Origin: Bacteroidales bacterium
GTDB taxonomy: Bacteria; Bacteroidota; Bacteroidia; Bacteroidales; UBA3663
Direction of reading: 5' to 3'
DNA: 64,000 nucleotides
Assembly (NCBI GenBank): GCA_045545875.1
Contig: JAZQBS010000123.1
Coordinates: forward strand, 3,112 to 67,111
Shown piece after piece: positions 40,589 to 49,763 of the stretch. The notes below the pieces were generated by a model, which was given only the letters and a program-made list of their open reading frames with translations, did no database searches and was not told the DNA's origin. Position 1 is the stretch's first letter. Each line of letters begins with the position of its first letter. The position numbers and the translations under genes were made by a program.

Positions 40589-41023
40589 TTATTTTTTGTT
40601 TTCCTCTGCACGTGGAGTACCTTTTCCAAAACGCTTATAGATATAAGCCACAGCGCTTTTGCTGTTATATCCCGTTGCCTTGGCCACCTGGTCGAGGGTC
40701 TCTTCGGGATGTTCCTTGAGGTATTTTTCAACGCGGATGAAGACGGATGCGCTTACGATCTCGCCCAAAGTGTTGCCTACAAAGATCTGTAAAACGCTAT
40801 TGAGTTTGTTCTGATCAAGATTGAGATATTCTGCCACTTCCTTGGCTGTCGTGAACTTGTGGCTGTAGATTGCCTCGCTGACGGCATCGAGTAGTTGGTT
40901 TCCAGTGACCTTCTCCGGATAGGTGAAAAGGTCACCTATGGTGTAAGGTGGTGTGAAAGGTTTACGGTCTTCTTTCTTTACTTCGTGAGGACGACGCCCC
41001 ACAGGCATACTTGATGTTCCCAT
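40589..41023 (-). CDS. Stand-alone AraC-type double-HTH DNA-binding protein (no sensor domain)
   Basis: TAKEVAEYLNLDQNKLNSVLQIFVGNT and TLDQVAKATGYNSKSAVAYIYKRFGKGTP; start moved to MGTSSM at 41023, downstream of the promoter. Confidence 0.8.
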   Translation of the reverse strand: MGTSSMPVGRRPHEVKKEDRKPFTPPYTIGDLFTYPEKVTGNQLLDAVSEAIYSHKFTTAKEVAEYLNLDQNKLNSVLQIFVGNTLGEIVSASVFIRVEKYLKEHPEETLDQVAKATGYNSKSAVAYIYKRFGKGTPRAEENKK

Positions 41024-41046
41024 ATTGTAAATACTATTTTCGGGCG

Positions 41047-41078
41047 CAAATATACGGCTTATTTTCAATATCTCCAAA
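41047..41078 (-). promoter_or_regulatory. Promoter of the HTH gene
   Basis: TTTG-N20-TATATTTG. Confidence 0.75.
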
Positions 41079-41118
41079 TTTTTTTATAAAAAAATAGACA
41101 AAACCCTCCAATAGACGA

Positions 41119-41454
41119 CTTTCCATCGTTTGAGTCCAATTCTCTTTAGTAAATTGGACCGGAACTGTCGGACGGGTCCAATTCCATTTACTAAAATGGA
41201 CCGAGACTATCGGATGGGTCCAATTCCATTTACTAAATTGGACCGAGACCATCGGACGGGTCCAATTCCATTTACTAAATTGGACCGAGACCATCGGACG
41301 GGTCCAATTCCCTTTACTAAATTGGACCGACACTATCGGACGGGTCCAATTCCCTTTACTAAATTGAACCGACACTATTGGACGGGTCCAATTCCCTTTA
41401 GTAAATTGGACCGAGACAATCAGACGGGTCCAATTCCATTTAGTAAATTGGACC
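41119..41454. repeat. Tandem array of 8 x 42 bp, each unit with internal inverted repeat GGTCCAATT-N10-AATTGGACC
   Basis: Units end at 41160, 41202, 41244, 41286, 41328, 41370, 41412, 41454; consensus GAGACYATCGGACGGGTCCAATTCCMTTTASTAAATTGGACC. Confidence 0.97.
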
Positions 41455-41492
41455 CGTCAGGCAAGATAATGAAGTGAAAATTCTCAGTCAAT

Positions 41493-43106
41493 TCAAGGTA
41501 AGACAGGCTTAACCTCCTTGAATTTGTTCCAAAGTTCTTTCTTCATATAAATACCAACCAAATCTTTTGGCACATATAATATGATATGCTCAATATCTGA
41601 AATATCAAAGGCTTCAGTCCAAATGAAAGTTTTTTTCTCGGGAAGGCAATAGACATTTTTCAAGCGAGAACAACCGAAGAACGCTTCCCATCCGAGATCT
41701 TCCAAATTGCTGCTGATAGTTAATTCGGTTGCGCCACTGCAACCTTTGAAAGCGTGGCGGCCTATTTTGGTTACATTGTTAGGGATTTCAATGGAAGTGA
41801 AGCCGCTTCCTCCGTAGAAGGCATAATCGTTGATAGATGATATATCGTTTGGTATTACCAGATCCTTGATCTCTTCGCCATTCAAATACAAATGTTGTGC
41901 ATAAAATAGTGGGTTGCTGATTCGATTGTACTCATCATCGTCTCGAAAGCCTAATTTTATGCCGAATTGTATGCCACACCAAGCGGATAAATCCTTTATG
42001 TGGACTGCTTTCAAGTTGGTGCAGTTAAAGAACGCAAAACGATCAATAGATTGAACTTTCTTGCCGATAGTTATCGACTCCATGCTGCAGCAACTATCAA
42101 AGGCATGACGTTCGATTTTAATCACGCTGTCTGGGATGATGACGGAAGTCAAACTGCTGCAACCTGCAAATGTAAAATATCCAATAGTAGTCACTTTAGA
42201 TGGAATATCAATGGATAACAGATTATTGCAACCATCAAAAGCTTGTGGCCCAATAGTAGAAACATTATTAGGGATAGTGATGTGAGTAAGATTTGTGCAT
42301 CCTTGGAATGCTGCTGTACCGATTGAAGTAACCCTGTCGGGGAGATCCAAAGATGAAAATCCTTCACAATAAGCAAGAGCCCAATCGCCAATGGAAGTTA
42401 CACTTTTCGGCAATTTTGTATAATTGCATCCTACGATTAACTTGTTGCTTGATGTTTCAACAATGGCATTACAGCCCTCTCTTGAATCGTAAATGGGATT
42501 TCTCGGATCAACAATGATGGATGAAAGATTGCTGCACCCATAAAAGATTAAGTTTTCAATGGACGCCACATTTTTCGGGATGAAAATGGATGTCAAGCTT
42601 TTGCAGCCATAGAATGCTCTATAGCCAATCGAAGTTACACTGTCAGGTATGGTTATAGATGACAAGCTGGTACAATCACAAAACAAGTAACTTGAGATTA
42701 AAGTTACTGAGTTTGGGATACTTATTGAGATTAAATTGCAACAATTACGGAACGAGCCTTCACCGATCGAAGTGACACCATCTGGAATAGTTAATGAGGT
42801 TAACTTGAAACAGGATTTGAAAGCATAATCGCCTATATGGGTTACACTCTTGGGTATGACCACAGAAGACAAACTATCGCAATATGCAAATGCAAATTGC
42901 CCAATCGAAGTGACTGAATAAGTAATGTCTTCAAAAGTCATCGATGAAGGAATTACTACATCCCCGACGTAATTATTCCATCCGTATGTAACCTCTGCTT
43001 CCTTAGTCTTTTCATTCAAGTTATAAGCAAAGCCATCAACCTCAGTGTCGTATGCCCAGGACAAAAGAGGTATAATAGCGAGTGATAAGGTTAGAATCTG
43101 TTTCAT
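41493..43106 (-). CDS. BspA-like leucine-rich repeat (LRR_5) protein
   Basis: Signal peptide and many LTSITIPxSVTSIGxxAFxGC repeats; AT-rich codon usage. Confidence 0.93.
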   Translation of the reverse strand: MKQILTLSLAIIPLLSWAYDTEVDGFAYNLNEKTKEAEVTYGWNNYVGDVVIPSSMTFEDITYSVTSIGQFAFAYCDSLSSVVIPKSVTHIGDYAFKSCFKLTSLTIPDGVTSIGEGSFRNCCNLISISIPNSVTLISSYLFCDCTSLSSITIPDSVTSIGYRAFYGCKSLTSIFIPKNVASIENLIFYGCSNLSSIIVDPRNPIYDSREGCNAIVETSSNKLIVGCNYTKLPKSVTSIGDWALAYCEGFSSLDLPDRVTSIGTAAFQGCTNLTHITIPNNVSTIGPQAFDGCNNLLSIDIPSKVTTIGYFTFAGCSSLTSVIIPDSVIKIERHAFDSCCSMESITIGKKVQSIDRFAFFNCTNLKAVHIKDLSAWCGIQFGIKLGFRDDDEYNRISNPLFYAQHLYLNGEEIKDLVIPNDISSINDYAFYGGSGFTSIEIPNNVTKIGRHAFKGCSGATELTISSNLEDLGWEAFFGCSRLKNVYCLPEKKTFIWTEAFDISDIEHIILYVPKDLVGIYMKKELWNKFKEVKPVLP

Positions 43107-43117
43107 ATTAGGACTAA

Positions 43118-43153
43118 AATCTCATTGGTTATCGTAATCTCATTGGTTGTCGT
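43118..43153. repeat. 18-bp tandem duplication in the LRR gene leader
   Basis: AATCTCATTGGTTATCGT AATCTCATTGGTTGTCGT. Confidence 0.85.
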
Positions 43154-43510
43154 AGCAAATATGGTGATTTTCTGAACACCTTCCAAATTTTTTTCAATGT
43201 TTTTTTTGCGTTTCCGACGAAATGCACATTTTTACCGATGAAATACATAGCCAGTTTTTTGAAGGTGGCAAATTTGACATGTTTTTCAGGAAAATGTCAA
43301 TTTATTATTTAGGACAAGTGTGGCGCTGATACTTTGATTATGACAATCGTGCCTGTCAAATCTGGTTCAAAAACTATTTATGAGCAAAAAAAGTGAGTAA
43401 TATTGCCGTATTTCTTGGAGAATATGTGTATTTTTGCACACGTGTTGATATTTTTATGTAAAAAAAATAATTTTATCAACATAAAAAACACAAAAAGAGA
43501 ACCGAAAGAA

Positions 43511-44650
43511 ATGGCAAAGAACACAAATCCCTTTATAGTTACAGGTAAGATTCCCGATGCATACTTCTGCGACCGCGATACAGAGGCTTCGCAGTTGGTG
43601 CGCTTTCTTGACAGTCAAGAGAATGTGGTGCTGATGTCCCAGCGCCGTATGGGCAAGACAAAACTGGTGGAACATTGCCTCGAAAACAAGGCTACCGGCA
43701 AGGAATATGTGCTGATGAACATTGACATACTGCATACGTCGTCTTTCCGTGAGTTGATTCAACTAATGGGAAGAACAGTATTCGACTGCCTAGCCACACG
43801 CAGTTCCCGATTGATGAAACTCTTCACCACAACGCTGAGATCACTGGGTGCCAGTTTCGGCTATGACCCCGTGCAGAACACCCCCACCTTCGATATACGC
43901 TTGGGAGATATCACCATGCCAGAATATACATTGAAGGAGATATTTGAATATCTTGAAAAGGCTGATCGACGCTGCATCATTGTCATTGACGAGTTCCAAC
44001 AGGTTACAAAGTACCCCGAAAAGAATGTGGAGGCATTGCTGCGCACCTTCATACAGCAAGTCAGCAATGCCAATTTCGTTTTTGCTGGAAGTCAACGCAG
44101 GTTGATGGAGGAGATGTTCTTCTCTGAGAAGAGGCCATTCTTCATGAGTGCTCGAAGCATTGTCCTCGAAGCTATCCCTTTCGACGTATATTGTGATTTT
44201 GCCTGTCTCCATTTCGAGCAAGCGGGAAAGAGCATTGAGCGGGATGCTGTCAGACTTGTCTATGAAGCTTTCCATGGTGTCACGCTCTACCTGCAGCGTA
44301 TCATGAAGGATGCCTTCAACATTACACCCGTTGGTGACACATGCAACGTGGCTAACACACAACATCTAGTTGATGACTACATCATGGAATGTGAACCCCG
44401 TCTGCGCGAACAGTTGGCTCTGATTACAGAACCTCAAAAGGAGTTGCTCTATGCCATGAGTGAAGAAGGGGCTCCAGTGAAAAGCATCACCACGGCGGCA
44501 TTCATCAAGCGACATCGCATGAAATCGACAAGCGCTGTCCAATCTGCTGCAAAGAAGCTTATGGAATATGACCTATTGACTCGACGTGATGGGTACTACA
44601 GTATTTCTGACCCCCTTCTGGCCTTATGGCTGAAGTCACGCAAACTATAA
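43511..44650 (+). CDS. P-loop ATPase (archaeal ATPase/AAA-like) with C-terminal winged helix
   Basis: Start moved to MAKNTNPF; FCDRDTE, Walker A SQRRMGKT, Walker B IIVIDEFQ, FAGS, YSISDPLLALWL. Confidence 0.88.
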   Translation: MAKNTNPFIVTGKIPDAYFCDRDTEASQLVRFLDSQENVVLMSQRRMGKTKLVEHCLENKATGKEYVLMNIDILHTSSFRELIQLMGRTVFDCLATRSSRLMKLFTTTLRSLGASFGYDPVQNTPTFDIRLGDITMPEYTLKEIFEYLEKADRRCIIVIDEFQQVTKYPEKNVEALLRTFIQQVSNANFVFAGSQRRLMEEMFFSEKRPFFMSARSIVLEAIPFDVYCDFACLHFEQAGKSIERDAVRLVYEAFHGVTLYLQRIMKDAFNITPVGDTCNVANTQHLVDDYIMECEPRLREQLALITEPQKELLYAMSEEGAPVKSITTAAFIKRHRMKSTSAVQSAAKKLMEYDLLTRRDGYYSISDPLLALWLKSRKL

Positions 44651-44685
44651 AAGACCCCCCGCTAAAATCATGGCTAGTACTAACA

Positions 44686-44733
44686 AAATGCAGAAAAGCG
44701 TCGCAAAATCGGACGCGTTTCTGCATTTCTTTT
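44686..44733. terminator. Probable bidirectional terminator between the ATPase and GH97 genes
   Basis: AAATGCAGAAAAGCGTC/GACGCGTTTCTGCATTT inverted repeat. Confidence 0.75.
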
Positions 44734-44775
44734 CAATCTAAGGCTGCGAGAAGGAATGGGGTTTGCCTTAATGTG

Positions 44776-46755
44776 TTACTTTTCCACCTTCGTGAGGATG
44801 CCCACATAGCCTCCGGCATTAGCGAGCTTCAGTTTCAGAGGCTTGTCCGAATGGATGAATACGGTCTTGTGTTCGCAGGATGTGGCATCCTTGTTAGCCT
44901 GCTTGCCGTCGCGCCAATATTCGAGGCGATAGGTTCCCGTGGGAAGGAAACTGAGATCGAGATTAAGGTCACGCTGGATGCTGTTGTTCAAGACACCCAC
45001 GAACCACTGCTCTCCACTCCTTTTGGCAAGAGCCACGTATTCGTCGGGAGCACCTCCAAGGAAACGGATGTCGTCCCACACGACGGGAACAACCTTGACG
45101 AAATCAGCGCCAACCTGTCCCAAGACGTGGTCGGGATGGTCACAGAAGCACATGAACGGACTCTCATAAATCACGAACTTCGCCAACTCGGCACTGCGCG
45201 TATTCATCACGAGGGCGGGCGACTGGCCCTTGAACTGCTCACGAGTCACGTTGAGGAAGCCTCCAGGAGTATAGTCCATCTGTCCTGCCAAGAGGCGGGT
45301 GAATGCAAGCGTGACATTGTGTTCAGGTGTCACGCGATCGGACCACTTATAGTATTCCGAGCCCATCACGCCCTCACGGGTAAGAAGGTTCGGATAGGTG
45401 CGGTCGATGCCATCGGGACAATAGGCACCATGCAGATCGACCATCAGCTCGCTTTCGGCAGCAGCCTTGACCACGCGTAGATACCAATTCACCATATCTT
45501 GGTCATCACGGTCCATGAAATCGATTTTCACGCCTTTCACGCCCCACTCATGATAGAGCGGGAAGGCGGCCTTGTACTGGTCGTTGTGATTAGCGTCCTC
45601 GCAGCGCAGCCACAGCCAGATATCGACATTCTTCGACTTGGCATAGCGCAGAATCTCAGGCATATCGAGCTGCGGAGCGGGTTTCACGATGTCGGCCTCA
45701 GGCGTGGCATAAGGTCCGTACCATGTCCAGTCGATAAGCATGTAGGGCCACCCCTGCACCGAGGCGAAATCGATATATTGCTTGATGACCTCCTGCTCCA
45801 TCAGCACTTCGCCGCTCCACCAGTGGTCCCATGCCGACATGCCGGGCTTGATCCACGAGGGATCCTCGATGGCACACGGGGGATTGAGTGAACGCAGGAT
45901 CTCCGACTCGATGAACTTGCCGGGATTATGCCCCACCATGACGACGCGCCAAGGGGTGTCCTGCTTCTCGCTGAAACGTGCCTTCACACCATCCTCTGTT
46001 TCGCCCCAAATGGGGGTGAGCTTGGTCTGCAGCAGCTGAAATCCGTCCTTCGGAGCCTCGCTGCGACCCAGATAGAGGGCGGGGAAGTTGTCGAGCGCCG
46101 CATTGAGGATGGCCATGCAGTGGTTGTCGTCGATTTCGATGAGTCCCGGCAGGCCGCAATGCTGGTCGCTGCGGATTTCGGTGACCGGCGTCTTGATGTA
46201 CTCACCCTCTTGCGACGACTTGTAACTCCTGCCTTTCTGCTCGTATGCAAAGTTGGGGATGCGCAGGGTCGCCTTCTCGGGCACAGCAAAGCCCGTCACT
46301 TCGCGAGTGATCTCCCGATTGCCGAGCACGGGCGTGCCGTAGAGTGTATAGCGAAAAGCCACGCCATCGTTCATCACGCGGAAGGTAAGGTCCATCTTGC
46401 GATAAGGAGTATCCTTCTCCTGCAGATTGAGCACCAGTTCGCTATAAGGCACGCTGATGAACGAATGCTTGTTGGCCACCACGGGCGTCCACTCCTCCAC
46501 CTTACCTTGTTGCTTTGGCTTACCAAGCACCTTGAAACCACCCGTCATGGGTGATTCGCCTTTGAATTCGAAGCCCATGGGTGAGGGGGCAATCATCACG
46601 TCACCCTCAAGGCTCACACTATATTTGAGCTCCTGGCCATTGTCGATAGTAAGAACGATATTGCCTTCGGGCGAAGAGACAGTATAGGTCTGAGCAACAA
46701 CTGTCTGACCCATGGCCAGACAGCTTGCGATTAGGATAGGAAGGATGTTTCTCAT
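44776..46755 (-). CDS. GH97 glycosidase, probably the retaining alpha-galactosidase subgroup
   Basis: NDGVAFRY, PWRV, WIKPGMSAWDHW, GVKIDFMDRDDQ, RTYPN.LTREGVMGSE, MDYTPG. Confidence 0.92.
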   Translation of the reverse strand: MRNILPILIASCLAMGQTVVAQTYTVSSPEGNIVLTIDNGQELKYSVSLEGDVMIAPSPMGFEFKGESPMTGGFKVLGKPKQQGKVEEWTPVVANKHSFISVPYSELVLNLQEKDTPYRKMDLTFRVMNDGVAFRYTLYGTPVLGNREITREVTGFAVPEKATLRIPNFAYEQKGRSYKSSQEGEYIKTPVTEIRSDQHCGLPGLIEIDDNHCMAILNAALDNFPALYLGRSEAPKDGFQLLQTKLTPIWGETEDGVKARFSEKQDTPWRVVMVGHNPGKFIESEILRSLNPPCAIEDPSWIKPGMSAWDHWWSGEVLMEQEVIKQYIDFASVQGWPYMLIDWTWYGPYATPEADIVKPAPQLDMPEILRYAKSKNVDIWLWLRCEDANHNDQYKAAFPLYHEWGVKGVKIDFMDRDDQDMVNWYLRVVKAAAESELMVDLHGAYCPDGIDRTYPNLLTREGVMGSEYYKWSDRVTPEHNVTLAFTRLLAGQMDYTPGGFLNVTREQFKGQSPALVMNTRSAELAKFVIYESPFMCFCDHPDHVLGQVGADFVKVVPVVWDDIRFLGGAPDEYVALAKRSGEQWFVGVLNNSIQRDLNLDLSFLPTGTYRLEYWRDGKQANKDATSCEHKTVFIHSDKPLKLKLANAGGYVGILTKVEK

Positions 46756-46761
46756 ATATTT

Positions 46762-47721
46762 TTACATGGTTGCTGAGAGGAACGTGCCGTTACCCACGAA
46801 GTGCAGCTTGTTGTCGCAGGCAGGTACCAGGATGGTTTCGCCCTGACGAATGTCCACGCCATTGACGTTGGCCTCTCCTCTCATACAGAGGACAATGACG
46901 AACGAATCGACCTGGTAATCGACATCCAAGGTTTCGTGCACCACCACACGATTGACATTGAAATAGGGGCAATGCACCAAGGGCGCATCGAGGAGAGTGC
47001 TGTCGTAGGTGCTGCGATACTCGGGATAAACGCGATAGTCGATGGCATCCTTCGCCTGTTCGATGTGGAGTTCACGCGTGTTGCCATAGGCATCGCGACG
47101 GCCATAGTCATAGACACGATAGGTGATGTCGCTGGTCTGCTGAATCTCTGCCACAAAATTGCCGGCACCGATGGCATGAAGGCGTCCTGCGGGCAAATAG
47201 AAGACATCGCCCTGATGCGACTCGTAGGTGGCTATGACATCCATGATGGGTGAATAACCATCGACAGTTTCCGTAGTGACCATCTGCTCATATCGCTCGG
47301 GGGTAATCTCCTTGCACAAGCCCGTATAGATCCTTGCTCCTGGCTCCGTCTTGATGACATACCACATCTCGCTCTTTCCGCGACAACCATGTCGCTTCAT
47401 GGCAAGCTCATCGTTGGGATGCACCTGCACCGAGAGGTTCTGGTGAGAATCGATGAACTTGACAAGCAATGGGAAATGATTGCCAAACTGGGCATAGACC
47501 TTCTCGCCGACGAGCAACTCCCGATACTTGTCAATCAGTTCGACCAACGTGAGACCTTCATCGCTACCCGAGGCAACGATGCTCTCACAACCGGGGATGT
47601 CACTAATCTCCCACGATTCACCGACATTCGACTTATCGATATCGATATTCTTGAATGCTGCTATCTGTTTGCCACCCCAGATGGTGGTCTTCAAAAAAGG
47701 CTCAAACTTAAATGGATTCAT
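46762..47721 (-). CDS. manA: Mannose-6-phosphate isomerase, class I
   Basis: IWGG, GESWEIS, FPLLVKFID, LSVQVHPND, GKSEMWY, HAIGAG, EIQQTSDITYRVYDY. Confidence 0.93.
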   Translation of the reverse strand: MNPFKFEPFLKTTIWGGKQIAAFKNIDIDKSNVGESWEISDIPGCESIVASGSDEGLTLVELIDKYRELLVGEKVYAQFGNHFPLLVKFIDSHQNLSVQVHPNDELAMKRHGCRGKSEMWYVIKTEPGARIYTGLCKEITPERYEQMVTTETVDGYSPIMDVIATYESHQGDVFYLPAGRLHAIGAGNFVAEIQQTSDITYRVYDYGRRDAYGNTRELHIEQAKDAIDYRVYPEYRSTYDSTLLDAPLVHCPYFNVNRVVVHETLDVDYQVDSFVIVLCMRGEANVNGVDIRQGETILVPACDNKLHFVGNGTFLSATM

Positions 47722-47835
47722 CTAAAATTCATATTTTTGCGGCCGCAAAGATACGAATAATTTTCGACATATAGCAAGACATTATGCTTTTTTGTCTGCT
47801 TTTCCGAAGAAATAGACAAAAAAGAGCAAGTCAAC

Positions 47836-49089
47836 TTACTGATTATAGGTCTTTTTGATGCGACGGAAAGCGTTCTCGAGACTCTCGGTGGGCAGCAGGA
47901 TATTATAATCCTTCCAGAAATCCGGATCATCAAAATCGCTGAGCTGCCGCGCCAAGGTGTCGTGATGACGGAAAGCATTGTGCCGGTTGGGACGAACAGC
48001 CTCAGGCTTGATGTCGGTGATCAGCATCTCGGAATTGGCCTCATAATGAGTGGCAAAACCGCGTTTCTTCCAGTCGCAATCGAACAAGTAGGTCACGCCG
48101 AGGTAACGCAGATAGCTGAGCCGTCCATCGTTGTGATAGTTCATCACAATGCGGAGGCCACGAGCCTTGAAACGCATACCGAAAGGCTTCTTGGCCAAGA
48201 TGGCTGCCGATGCTTTGGCCACATCACTCATGTCCATATTATATTCTATGCGTGTGAACGTGAGGTTGGCATAGTCGATGTAGATTTTTCCGGAGAACAA
48301 CGGATCGATGTATGTCGTGGCAGGACGGAACGAGATGACGTACTGGGGACGATTGTCGATAGTCTGCGGTGTCTCGATCTCCAGTTGATAACGCAACAGC
48401 ATTTCGGGATTGAGGAACAGTTCACGGTCCTTGACCAAGTCGAGCATCAGCGACTCCAAGGGTCCTCCCATCACGTGGACAGAAATAGTGTCGCGGGCAC
48501 GCTGGCTGATAAGGCTGCGTCCCTTGACCATGACGGCCATGTCGCGCTGAGGACTATCCTCATAACTGGTCTTGTAAAGTTCCATCACGGCCTCCGAGAC
48601 GCTCACATACTTGCCACGCTTTTGAATCGTCTCGCGATAGAAAGCCTCGTAGCTCTGCGGCACGGTGGGGAAATTCTGCGGGATGCGTTCGATTGCGGCA
48701 TTCAGGATGTTTTCGGGCGAATAGACAAAGACATCGTTGAGGAACGTGAAACGTGGCTGCAACGAGATTTGCAATTCCTCCACAGGCTTGCCTTCCTTCA
48801 CCTGTTGTGTCTTCTCAAGCTGGTCGCGACCGACCACAACCGTGGCATAACCTATCGACGAAAAGAGCAGTTGCTCGGGCATCTGGGCAAGTCGCAGGCT
48901 GAACCGCCCATCAGCATTGGTCATCGTGGCAACGTTCGAGCCACCCACATGCACCTGCACATCGGGCAATCGCCGGCCATTGTCATGGTCGGTGACGATG
49001 CCGCGCAAGGTCACAAGCACACTGTCCTGCGCCACGAGGGTGCAAGGCAATAGAAGCAATAGCGCGAGAAGAAAGTAAAAATGTTTCAT
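47836..49089 (-). CDS. Carboxypeptidase-like regulatory domain-containing protein
   Basis: Signal peptide, TNADGRFSL, SSIGY, AFYRE, C-terminal DPDFWKDYNIL. Confidence 0.8.
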   Translation of the reverse strand: MKHFYFLLALLLLLPCTLVAQDSVLVTLRGIVTDHDNGRRLPDVQVHVGGSNVATMTNADGRFSLRLAQMPEQLLFSSIGYATVVVGRDQLEKTQQVKEGKPVEELQISLQPRFTFLNDVFVYSPENILNAAIERIPQNFPTVPQSYEAFYRETIQKRGKYVSVSEAVMELYKTSYEDSPQRDMAVMVKGRSLISQRARDTISVHVMGGPLESLMLDLVKDRELFLNPEMLLRYQLEIETPQTIDNRPQYVISFRPATTYIDPLFSGKIYIDYANLTFTRIEYNMDMSDVAKASAAILAKKPFGMRFKARGLRIVMNYHNDGRLSYLRYLGVTYLFDCDWKKRGFATHYEANSEMLITDIKPEAVRPNRHNAFRHHDTLARQLSDFDDPDFWKDYNILLPTESLENAFRRIKKTYNQ

Positions 49090-49117
49090 TTTCTCTTGGA
49101 TTTAGAAAATTTATATA

Positions 49118-49657
49118 TTAACCCCTCTCCTCCAGATACCTTGCCAGCCCCTTTCGGATAGAGGCGAGGCCAAACTCTTCGAGGTTGAGGTTCTTGAGCG
49201 GAATCCACTCAAGTGAGGAGATGTCATCGAGGCCGCCCACACGGGGACACCCTTTGACACGCACTTCGAAGAAGAGGTCGATGGTGCGGCACATGATGCC
49301 CGAATAGGGATAGCGATTGGGCTGGCTGAAGAGGTAGTGCAGGTCTTCGGGATTGACCTCCAGACCTGTTTCCTCCTTTATCTCGCGGCACATCCCTTCT
49401 TCGGCCGTCTCGTCGAGGTCGAGGAAGCCGCCCACCATGTCGCGTGTTCCCTTGGCGGGATTATTGGCACGACGACCGCAGAGGATTTCGCCCTGATCGT
49501 TGACTATCACGGCGACGGTAGCACCGCGAGGATTGGTATAATATGTAAAGCCGCAATCCTCGCAATGCCTTGCCTGTGGTCCATGCTCCACAAAGCGATT
49601 GCTGCCACACAAAGGGCAGTAGTGGAAGCGATAGAAAGGATGAGTTTCGTCGAACAT
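49118..49657 (-). CDS. NUDIX hydrolase with N-terminal zinc ribbon
   Basis: CPLCG...CEDCG and Nudix box GGFLDLDETAEEGMCREIKEETGL. Confidence 0.9.
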   Translation of the reverse strand: MFDETHPFYRFHYCPLCGSNRFVEHGPQARHCEDCGFTYYTNPRGATVAVIVNDQGEILCGRRANNPAKGTRDMVGGFLDLDETAEEGMCREIKEETGLEVNPEDLHYLFSQPNRYPYSGIMCRTIDLFFEVRVKGCPRVGGLDDISSLEWIPLKNLNLEEFGLASIRKGLARYLEERG

Positions 49658-49684
49658 AACTTATATTTTGGAGAAATAGGAGCT

Positions 49685-49753
49685 TCTAGACAGTCTAGAT
49701 ATCCTAGATATTCTAGATATTCTAGATATTCTAGATCATCTAGATTTTCCAGA
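49685..49753. repeat. 9-bp TCTAGATAT micro-repeat tract
   Basis: tctagacag tctagatat cctagatat tctagatat tctagatat tctagatca tctagattt tccagaaat. Confidence 0.88.
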
Positions 49754-49763
49754 AATCCAATCC

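Noticed and set aside
41119..41454. CRISPR array
   Set aside because: The 14-bp linkers between the 28-bp palindromes are short and mutually similar rather than unique spacers, and no cas genes are present.
41034..41477. ORFs 41034..41375 (-) and 41130..41477 (+) with 14-aa repeats
   Set aside because: Open frames are expected from a stop-poor repeat whose period is a multiple of 3; starts are non-ATG and the minus ORF overlaps the HTH promoter.
43270..43360. TTGACAT/ATGTCAA and TGACA/TGTCA inverted repeats as att or invertible-promoter sites
   Set aside because: Short, imperfect, in AT-rich DNA, and no recombinase nearby.
40589..44650. ParA/ParB/centromere-type partition system
   Set aside because: The ATPase has an RRMGKT/DEFQ archaeal-ATPase signature, not the ParA deviant Walker A (KGGxGKT), and the HTH is AraC-type.
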